The notes under the pieces: model-generated | Told to the model about the DNA's origin: nothing | Seen by the model: the letters and a program-made list of their open reading frames with translations, nothing else | Databases searched by the model: none | Program-made: the position numbers and the translations under genes | IMG/VR virus record: IMGVR_UViG_3300017987_000013 | Location: 1 to 64,000 of that record | Length of the DNA: 64,000 nt | Direction: 5' to 3' (one strand) | Source of the DNA: a virus | Shown here: in pieces, positions 19,819 through 28,300 of the stretch | How positions within the stretch are numbered: the stretch's first letter is position 1 | Layout of the letters: each line of letters opens with the position of its first letter

Positions 19819-20310
19819 TCAGTTTTGGCCGAGGCTACCTAGCGCTTCAGCGATCTTCTCGATCACTGCCATGCCGCGTGACCGCTGCTGCTCCACGTGC
19901 GGCGTTACCTCCTGCTCGCTCATCTTCTTTGCTCTGAGTCCGAGCTTCTGAGCGACCCTCTGCGCCATGCTGAGGTGGTCCTCAACGTCAGCGTACTGCG
20001 GCACCTTGCCGCTAAACCGCTTCATCACACGGTCCCACGGGAACGTTGTTTTGTCGTGCCACGTCCACTCGATGTCACTGTCACCGGTCGGTGGTGCTGA
20101 AAAGAAATCTTTGAACTCCTGCTCGAGCATCGCGTCTTGGTAATACATCACTGGGTCTTCACTGAGGTCGTACAGTTGGTAGACGACGCTACCGGCCTCG
20201 TGGCCAATGATGTTGATTAGGGAGGTTTGGTCTTCATCTTCGGCCCAGCAACCGACATCTAGGTTGTCGGCGTTTCTCGGGTTCGCGCCCGGTACATCAT
20301 GTGTCGACAT
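19819..20310 (-). CDS. Hypothetical protein
   Basis: AAGGAG SD before MSTHDVPG. Confidence 0.7.
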   Translation of the reverse strand: MSTHDVPGANPRNADNLDVGCWAEDEDQTSLINIIGHEAGSVVYQLYDLSEDPVMYYQDAMLEQEFKDFFSAPPTGDSDIEWTWHDKTTFPWDRVMKRFSGKVPQYADVEDHLSMAQRVAQKLGLRAKKMSEQEVTPHVEQQRSRGMAVIEKIAEALGSLGQN

Positions 20311-20334
20311 AAGTAACATCTCCTTTGAAGTAAA

Positions 20335-20406
20335 AAGGACCACGGGGATTCGAACCCCGGCCACTGGATCGACAATCCAGCATCCTAGCCGCTAGACTAT
20401 AGCCCC
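20335..20406 (-). tRNA. tRNA-Asp(GUC)
   Basis: Cloverleaf: GGGGCTA/TGGTCCT acceptor, CTGGA-TTGTCGA-TCCAG anticodon arm, CGGGG-TTCGAAT-CCCCG T arm. No encoded CCA. Confidence 0.85.
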
Positions 20407-20498
20407 AAAGACGGTAGGGAGGATTTCACTGGGCGTATCCCCCCGCGACGCACTCATAACGAGGCTGGAGCGCCCCGGCCCAGCTGGTCGCCGCGCGC

Positions 20499-21773
20499 TT
20501 AGGCTACCGCTTTTGCTACTCCATCCTCAACAACGATCTCGCCGGCACCCTCGAGTCCGATTCGCGCTACCCAAACCTGAAAGTCGTGTTTGTTGGCGAG
20601 TTCTCCCAAGGCTTCTAGGGATTCGAGGTCAAGATCATTGGCTTCGTCCAGCAAACAGATCCGCAAGTCGGGGTTGGCCGCGATCGCCGCAGCTACGGCT
20701 AGGTCGATCCGTTCCCGGCCACTGGCGCCCGACAACGGATGGCCGTTGAGTAAGGGTTCTCCGGTCTCAGAATCGAACGACAGATTGGGAATCGGGATAC
20801 CGGAGTCCTGAAGCAACATCTTCTCGTTTTCGCGCGACGCTTCAATTGCCTGGGTGAACCCATCGACGGTCTCTTGCGCTTCTTTGAGTTCTGTTCGCGC
20901 CCGGTCGTAGGCTTTCCAGGGCTCGAGCCGCTCGTTGATCACGCTCGCATTGGCGATCTGTGTGCGGACTGCATCAATCTCGTCGAGGCAATCGGGCATC
21001 TCCCCCAACGTCGCCTCCAGGTCTGCGACCAAAGCGCGCCAACCTACAATCTGCGCTTTGTGGGACGCGATCTGTTCCTCCCATGCGGTGATTTGCAGTG
21101 CATAAGACGTAATAGCCTCTTCGCGCTGCTGTAGGTCTCGCCGCAGACTCTCGATTTCGTCTTGCTGGCGTTGAAGGCTCTCCATGCGTTCCATCTCAGC
21201 CGACACGTCTACCGGTTCTGGACGCTCGCCGGCCGGCTTCTCGACCGCCTTTGCTTTTCGCTGCTGCGAGATCCAGGGTGTACGCTCGTCGTACAGACGG
21301 CGCTGCTCGGCCCGGGCTTCGTCCAACTTGTCTGGAAGCGATTGATCTTCAGCGAGGGACAGTAGGGCCGTCCGCATCTGATCAGGCTTGAGCGTCAGGA
21401 ACGACAACGGGTCAAACGTACGATCACCCAACCACGTCGATAACTTGCCCTGTTTGTGCTTGCCACCGTCGGGCCCCACCACCGTCAAGTAGCCTTTGGG
21501 TTGATTCGCAGTGAACTTCCGTGTGACCGTGAACCCGTTATCGAGCCTGACGCGAATCTCTGCGCCGTCCGCGCCTTCGTGGATAGCGTCAGGGTTGATC
21601 TCGCCCTGACCACCCAGAGCGGCCGCGATCGCCCGTAGCAACGACGTCTTACCCGCCGCGTTCTTGCCGGTTACGCGCACGAGCCCCTGTTCAGGAACAA
21701 CATCTACTTGCGCGAATGTAAGGCGGTGGAAGTCTTGGACCTCGACAGAAACAACGTGGATACCGTCGCTCAT
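20499..21773 (-). CDS. SMC/SbcC-like AAA ATPase with coiled coil
   Basis: Walker A 'GKNAAGKTS', long coiled coil, signature 'ASGRE' and Walker B 'CLLDEANDLD'. Confidence 0.88.
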   Translation of the reverse strand: MSDGIHVVSVEVQDFHRLTFAQVDVVPEQGLVRVTGKNAAGKTSLLRAIAAALGGQGEINPDAIHEGADGAEIRVRLDNGFTVTRKFTANQPKGYLTVVGPDGGKHKQGKLSTWLGDRTFDPLSFLTLKPDQMRTALLSLAEDQSLPDKLDEARAEQRRLYDERTPWISQQRKAKAVEKPAGERPEPVDVSAEMERMESLQRQQDEIESLRRDLQQREEAITSYALQITAWEEQIASHKAQIVGWRALVADLEATLGEMPDCLDEIDAVRTQIANASVINERLEPWKAYDRARTELKEAQETVDGFTQAIEASRENEKMLLQDSGIPIPNLSFDSETGEPLLNGHPLSGASGRERIDLAVAAAIAANPDLRICLLDEANDLDLESLEALGELANKHDFQVWVARIGLEGAGEIVVEDGVAKAVA

Positions 21774-22807
21774 GTCTCCACCTCCGCCTCAGCCGCCTCC
21801 TCCTGGCGAATCCGCTCGTCCTCACTTTCGGCAACAATGGCCTCGCGCTCGATTTCCTCCTCCGTCTTTTTCGTCTCTGTCTTTTTCGCCGTCTTCTTCT
21901 TAACCCGCTCCTTCACGGCGTCCGTGCCTTTGGCCTTGGAGGTGTTGATTTGTCGCTGTTTACCCAAGGATTTGTCCTCCATCACTTCGGGCCACGTCAC
22001 TTCCCCTTCCTTGAGTGCAGTATGGATCGACCGCAGAAGCTGAAGATCACCCGGGTTGATCTGCTGCACAGGCTTACCTAGCAACGCAACGATCTGATCA
22101 GCGGCCACGCCAAGCACATAGAACGCGTCGAGAACCCGTTTCGTGGCTGCAGTGGGATCCTCGGCGTCCCGATCCCGAACGGTCGCGACACACCGCTCCT
22201 CGGCCTCCTCGCGGATGTCAGACGGGATCAGCGTCAGAATGAGGTTACGGCGTGCCTTCGAGATCGCAGCATTGGCTTTGACCAGTATCTCGTCCTCGGT
22301 CGCGGCCTTTAGGTACACGGTGTCACCGTAGCTGTTGGTGCGTTTGCTGATAACCTCGTCGCCAGTCTTAACCTTCTTCCGCTCGACAAACTTCTCGACC
22401 ACAACGTCTTGGTCCTGCGCCATGTTGGTCTCGAGGTCTGTGGCGCTGACGCGGTAGATCCGACGTTCACGATCGTCGAACACAACAGTCGTGACAACGT
22501 ACAGATTCCCCCACAGCCGGCCAATCTCCTCCGCGAACCTGACCGACAGTCCCTCAATTGCCTTGCCACTGATAGGTTTCCGGTACCGCGCCGACTCCGC
22601 GAAACGTGGCCGTTTGCATGCCTCCAGTACACGTAGGCGTGCGTTCTCGGGCACGCGGGGGCGCTTGACAGCCATAACGAACCGGGCCTCCACGGAGGCC
22701 TTCTCCCGTGCAGCTACCGCGGTGGAACTCGTTTCCACGACGGCTCCTTCTTCTTTGGGAACGATCTCTGTGGATTCGACGGTTCCCACTTCAGGTGTTT
22801 CGGACAT
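21770..22807 (-). CDS. Putative single-strand annealing/recombination protein
   Basis: Adjacent to the YqaJ exonuclease. 'IEGLSVRFAEE...WGN...ATDLETN...SKARRNLIL' with a charged C-terminal tail. Confidence 0.6.
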   Translation of the reverse strand: MSETPEVGTVESTEIVPKEEGAVVETSSTAVAAREKASVEARFVMAVKRPRVPENARLRVLEACKRPRFAESARYRKPISGKAIEGLSVRFAEEIGRLWGNLYVVTTVVFDDRERRIYRVSATDLETNMAQDQDVVVEKFVERKKVKTGDEVISKRTNSYGDTVYLKAATEDEILVKANAAISKARRNLILTLIPSDIREEAEERCVATVRDRDAEDPTAATKRVLDAFYVLGVAADQIVALLGKPVQQINPGDLQLLRSIHTALKEGEVTWPEVMEDKSLGKQRQINTSKAKGTDAVKERVKKKTAKKTETKKTEEEIEREAIVAESEDERIRQEEAAEAEVET

Positions 22808-22818
22808 ACAGTCTCCTT

Positions 22819-23772
22819 CTACCAGTTACGGGGTACCCGGAACGTACGCGCGATCTCTTGTTCCGTTGTATGAGTGTCGTGCAGATCCTCCCAAACTTCC
22901 GCGTCAACATGCAGCTTCAACCCTTCAGCAAACGCCTTCCAGCCCGTCGTCTGGCGCGGCTTTGGCCGCTTCCAGGTGATTTTCTTGCCATTAGGTAGTT
23001 GGACCCCTGCCGCTTCACCAATCGCGTCTTTGAGGAGATTCTGGAGCCGTTCCTTGGTCTCTTCAGTCTCCTTCAACTCCGCCCGAACCAACCGCAGTTC
23101 TTCGGCAGTATCGTATATTTCCGGTGTCGCGGGGATGATCAGGTCGCCATGTGTTTGCCACTTGTTGGCGACATACTCAGAACTCGATTCTGTACCGTCC
23201 AACTCCGGGCACATGTCGGCGAGGACGTGATCATGCCAGAAATCATGGGCGGATTCAACGATCTGTTCAGCCAGTTCCTTGTCGTACTCAAGCGTGAAGG
23301 AATGCCACCGATTACCGCCAAGGAGCACTGCAGCATGCCATACCTTGAATCCCGTCACCTCCATGTTGGTGTGACACTGGATCAACACCTCGTCGGGGAC
23401 CTCGTCGGAACCGGGCTCACCCCAATCATCTAGGTTGTAGCTGCCGCGATTCTTGCACTCCAATCCCTCTCTGGGATCGACCAAAACAATCCGGTCAGGC
23501 GTGGCCATGAGCCATTCGTGCTTAGGATGGACAAGCGTACCGGACTCGACCAGCTCGACACCGTTCTCTTCGGCGTACCGCTGCGCGATCTTGTCCTCCA
23601 GTGCGTTCCCCCAATACGTGTACTCGTTTCCCTCGAAAGGTTCGGCCTTTCCCGTCTTCTCGAGGTAGATGTCCACGGGGTTGCGCCAACGGTCTACGCG
23701 CATCACGGCCGGCATTTCCGAGGCTCCCAAACCGCTCTTGCGTAACTCCAACTGCTCCTGCGTCAACGTCAT
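22819..23772 (-). CDS. YqaJ-like viral recombinase (lambda-exonuclease family)
   Basis: 'RKSGLGASE', 'YWGNALE', 'WLMATPDR', 'LECKN' and 'IQCH'. Confidence 0.93.
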   Translation of the reverse strand: MTLTQEQLELRKSGLGASEMPAVMRVDRWRNPVDIYLEKTGKAEPFEGNEYTYWGNALEDKIAQRYAEENGVELVESGTLVHPKHEWLMATPDRIVLVDPREGLECKNRGSYNLDDWGEPGSDEVPDEVLIQCHTNMEVTGFKVWHAAVLLGGNRWHSFTLEYDKELAEQIVESAHDFWHDHVLADMCPELDGTESSSEYVANKWQTHGDLIIPATPEIYDTAEELRLVRAELKETEETKERLQNLLKDAIGEAAGVQLPNGKKITWKRPKPRQTTGWKAFAEGLKLHVDAEVWEDLHDTHTTEQEIARTFRVPRNW

Positions 23773-23776
23773 TGCC

Positions 23777-24097
23777 TCACCTCTCGCAATCGGGAAATTG
23801 GATTGTCTCGGCTTCTTCCCATTCATTCGGTATCCAAAGCGCCGCCCACCACCGCTCGTTCCAGGCTTGCTTGCTCTTGATTTTTTGATTCCAGGCCACC
23901 ACTGTACCCGCCACATCTTCGCCAATCGGGCAGGGCACACCAGCCATATCCGCACGCAGCTGTTCAAGCGCCGCCATTTGGGGGCCAACTGCCAGCTTCG
24001 GCCCAATGGGTGATATGGCGACGGTGAGTGCCAGCATTATAACCACTAGAATCAAAACCGAACCGTCGATAATCAGATCCTCGAGGTCCCACAGCAT
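23777..24097 (-). CDS. Membrane-anchored hypothetical protein
   Basis: N-terminal TM helix; GGAGG SD. Confidence 0.6.
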   Translation of the reverse strand: MLWDLEDLIIDGSVLILVVIMLALTVAISPIGPKLAVGPQMAALEQLRADMAGVPCPIGEDVAGTVVAWNQKIKSKQAWNERWWAALWIPNEWEEAETIQFPDCER

Positions 24098-24420
24098 TAT
24101 CCCTCCTCATTCCGATTCATTAGATACCACGCCCCGCCCATGAGCTTCCACCACAACCAGAGAACAACGAGACACTCAAACATCTACCTGATAGACATCT
24201 GCCCAGCGTTTCAGCTCGGCTTGCATTGCGCTTGGTTTGTCCGGCCTGACACAACACATGAACCGGACGCACGCCTCGAGCGATTCAATTCGCAACTGAG
24301 CGTCTCGCAGGTCGTCGCGAACCAACGCTAGATCGAATTCCAAGCCAGCTCTTTCCTCGCGGTCCTGTACGTCGCGTAGGTGTTCGTCGAGGTCGTCGGT
24401 ACGGTCAGGGACGGTCTCCA

Positions 24421-24627
24421 TCAGCTGGATCCCTGGATGGCCTCGTGTACGTACGCCATCACAGCATCGTAGATCAGCTCCGCTCGCGTGATCTTCAATT
24501 TGACGGCCGCCGAATTCACCAAAAGAAGCTCGTCTGGCCGCACGCGGGCGCTGATTGTATACGACGCGGGCGTCTGTCTACGGTCGTCTGTAGACGGCGG
24601 GGTATCAGGTAAGTTCGCACCCGACAT
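24421..24627 (-). CDS. Ribbon-helix-helix (CopG/Arc-like) regulator
   Basis: 'YTISARVRPDELLLVNSAAVKLKITRAELIYDAV'; first gene after the promoter. Confidence 0.7.
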   Translation of the reverse strand: MSGANLPDTPPSTDDRRQTPASYTISARVRPDELLLVNSAAVKLKITRAELIYDAVMAYVHEAIQGSS

Positions 24628-24653
24628 ACACTTATTCCTTTATATAGGGTGAG

Positions 24654-24705
24654 TTGTATACAAATGCCACATAGCTACTGTATACAGTATACAGAAAGAT
24701 GTCAA
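24654..24705 (-). promoter_or_regulatory. Sigma70 promoter of the replication operon with GTATAC palindromic operators
   Basis: TTGACA(24705-24700)-17 bp-TACAGT(24682-24677). Palindromes TTGTATACAA and CTGTATACAG overlap or flank the -10. Confidence 0.75.
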
Positions 24706-24721
24706 GGGAGGGAAGGTAAGG

Positions 24722-24955
24722 CTATCCGTTGCGCGATTTCCATGCGTCAGATAGTACGTTGAACAGTTTCACGTCGACCAAGAGAAGGGCAACAGCACCC
24801 TCGGCGGCCCGGAACCACAGCACATCTTTCGAGAATATCGCCGCATGGAACAGCAGCGCGATGCCCACGAGGAAACGTACTATCCGGCCAATGCTGTACT
24901 CCTTACCATGTACAGTGACGGGCGGAAGTCCTAACTGCGTCGTCTGGAAGTTCAT
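24722..24955 (-). CDS. Small 2-TM membrane protein (holin-like)
   Basis: Two hydrophobic segments; ATGA coupling. Confidence 0.5.
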   Translation of the reverse strand: MNFQTTQLGLPPVTVHGKEYSIGRIVRFLVGIALLFHAAIFSKDVLWFRAAEGAVALLLVDVKLFNVLSDAWKSRNG

Positions 24956-25302
24956 GTCGAGATCCCGTTGTTGCCGTGACGCTTGGCGCAAGAGACACGC
25001 ATATTACCGATCAACTTGTCCTGATCCAACTGACGTAGCTGCATATCCGCTATCAGCCCAGCAACTTCGTCGCGAAGGGACCGATGGTCCTGCTCGTGAT
25101 TCAAGCTGACCGCCTTCAGCTCTTTAGAAAGATGGTCTTTCATGGCTTCAGTCGTACACATCGAACTCACCCGCGCATCCATCTTGGATATTCGGCGATC
25201 CCACCGCAAAACCAGCGCGCCAAACCCCGTAGTGCCCAATATCGCTACCGCGCCTTGCATGGCAGGAGAATTCACTAGCTCCACAACGCCCTGCACCACC
25301 AT
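24952..25302 (-). CDS. TM + coiled-coil protein
   Basis: Hydrophobic N-terminus, coiled coil and 'CAKRHG' end. Confidence 0.55.
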   Translation of the reverse strand: MVVQGVVELVNSPAMQGAVAILGTTGFGALVLRWDRRISKMDARVSSMCTTEAMKDHLSKELKAVSLNHEQDHRSLRDEVAGLIADMQLRQLDQDKLIGNMRVSCAKRHGNNGIST

Positions 25303-25306
25303 AACA

Positions 25307-28300
25307 TTATCTCCTCTGACGCCTACGTGGCCGGCGGCTACGTGGACGTGTGATCTCAGCACCAGATTCCTCTAGGGCGTCTTCAGCTAATTGTTGAAGA
25401 AACTCACGGCGGTCAGCATATCGCTCACGTACCTCGCGTGCTTTTTCCGGTGTAGACGTCGATTGGCGCGCTTCCGACACATATTCCAGAAACCGGTCTG
25501 ACGGTTGGTAGGGCACATAGTTGTGATCGATCAATTGCATAACTAACGTTTCCGATAATCCCGATCCGCGCAACACCCGCTTGATAGCCTCGTCTTTCAT
25601 TCCGAACTTACGAGCCGCCTCCATGTCGGCGGTCACGTTTGCAAACACCTTCTGCCGTGTCCGTTCCATTGACTCGTAAGCCTCTTGCAATTCAGAGTCG
25701 CTGACATCGCCGGCACGGGATGCCGTGCTACTCAATATCCGTGTGGCGTTGCTCCACCGCCCAACGGCTTCACGCGCATTCCACGACAGTGCTTGCGGCA
25801 CATCAAGCTCCTGCATGCGGAACCCAGTAAACATGGCGGCACCTTCAACAACAGGATTGTAGCTACGGCCATATAACGTTTGGTCGTTCGTGATACCGCG
25901 CCAGATTCGCCGCATACCTGACACCGTACCTGGCTCAAAGGCGTCGTACACATAAGACAGAATCGCAGTAGCTTGCTTGTCGAACGGGTCTTCCGGATTG
26001 TAGACCTCCGCGCCACTGTCCTTCTTTTTGTTGCGCTTGACGTCGAGAAGTTTGGACGCTAGAATCTCTTCGCTTACAAAAGGCTCAAGAGCCTCAAAGA
26101 ATCCGTCGATCAATCCGTCGTGCCAGTTCTCTCCGCGCATCATTGCCTTCAGCGGCGTTCGGAGGTAGCTATACGGATCCGTGTAACTCAGGTCAATGTA
26201 TCGCACTCTTCCGTTCTCGCCGCGACCCAAGTAAACAAGCGAACTGTTTTCTGACCACGGAGGCACAAATCGTCTAACCCGCTCATCGGTATCGTCGTCA
26301 ATCCCGTTAAGGAAACGTGATGCGTACGCTACTGCCGACACCGTTGTGGCCGCCAAAAGCAATCCAGCTATCCGCTGCGCTCCTACTCGATGCAAGTCTG
26401 GGTCGTTCAACTCCCCTGCTGTCAGCTGAAGAGTATTGCCCAGAGTGCGGATAACCTCCCACGGAAATGACACAAACGTACCGACCAGCGGAAAACGTCG
26501 GATTTTCTTGATGGCATGTGGTACAAGCGAGTATGTCGGGTACGTGTTTCTGACGATCTCTGCAGCACGTTCCTTTACTCGCTGATCGGTCCAATCAGGT
26601 TTAGCGTTGCGGTATCGCTCGAATTCGTTAGCGAAAGCGTAGAGCTTCCACACGTCGTCTTCTGCGCGATATACGCTGGTCACGCCTTTCAATATTTTGC
26701 GTATAGACCGTTGTACTACATTACCTTTTATGAACGCTTCTGGATCACGAACCGCATCGTTCACGGCGTCCCACAGTTCACCCGCGCGCGCGCTTTCGTG
26801 AACAACACCTAGTTCAACCATCTCGCGATAGATACCCTGCCACTCTTCCTTGTCTTTAAGTCCTACATCCCACAAGTCTCCCCAGACTGTTCGCGCCGCG
26901 TCAGGCATTTTCGATATATCCCAGTGACCGTTTGCGATCGCGAACCCGGTGTTGCCTGTCGTGTTACGTACGTGCGTCATTACAGACCCGATGGTCTTGG
27001 CGTACTTCACTACACCATTCACTTTCATGTAATGTCGCAACCAATCACTGACCACTTCTGTTTCGACGGCTCGATGAAACGCGGCATCAACTTCCGGCGA
27101 CGTGTAGAAGCCGTTCAGCGGCTCTAGCGCTCGGCTACCTTCGGCTGCGAATTTTTTCACGTAAGAAACGCCATCGCGCACAACTGGTTCTTCGAAGAAA
27201 TATTCTCCCAGTCCACCCTCCAACACATCGGCAAGGAATTTGTGGTTTTCGAGCAACTGCGACATTTTGGTGACGCTACGAACGTAGTTAACCAGAGGGT
27301 CAGTGTATTCACCCCAAAGCGCACGGATCTCGGGAGCAATCGCCTTCCGCCGCTTCAAAATCGAAAGGTTCTTGCTACCTAGCTTGCTACCTCGCACGAG
27401 AAAATCAAGGGGACTGTCGGACAACTCGCCGGCCCGCAGAATACGCTGAAACTCGCCTTCCAGCTGTTCTGGAGACGCATCTGGCATTTCGGACGCCAAG
27501 AGGCTACGGACCCGGTTCTTTACGTCTTCCGACACGTTTTGCCAGAACTTGGGATCGTCGAACGCCTTGTATGAACGTGTTAGATACACGCCACGATTCG
27601 CGTCTATCACTGGAACTAGATGTTCGGCAATAGCCCCAGATTCAATCAGTAGTTGGCTGAGAGCGTCAATCTGCCCACGCATGTCTTTGACGATACTCCG
27701 CATTTCGTCGGGCATGTTTATGGGTTCGCCCTGCAACGCAGCATTGATTTGCCGTTGCTGTTCGTCGCTGAGTTTAGAAGTCCCGTACGCCCGACGTGCT
27801 ACACGCCTGAACTTCCGCAACGTGTGAGCGACTTCACGATCACGGGAATTCACACCTCCATCGCGCTTAATCATGCGGTCGAACACACGTTTTGGTAGAT
27901 CGCCTGGGGCAGTGAAGTTGCGACGCAAAAACGCTCGAATTCCCTTGTTCACTGCTTGGGCGTCAACTGCACCTGTTTCAGTGCCACCTACCCGAACGGC
28001 GCGACCCTGCTGCACCATATCGTCTAGTTCTTCTCCAGACCTTGTTGGCGGCTGTTCGGCAGCCACCTCTTCGGACACAGTAGTAGCGTCGATTGCTGTT
28101 TCTGGAGATTCCGTCCCCGCTGTGACAATTGGCCCTGTTTCTGCAGCGGGTTCAACCGTCTCTGCGGCTGTTACTGGTATCTCATTAACTCTCGCCCACT
28201 CATCGACGGCGTCGTCCAACTCCCCCAACGCCTCACCGCCATATTGAGCCTCATACTCGAGACGGAACTTGTCGATCTGGTCTTGAATGGAGTCAACACG

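Noticed and set aside
24677-24694. LexA SOS box
   Set aside because: The CTG...CAG spacing is N11 rather than N10. Overlapping GTATAC palindromes explain it better.
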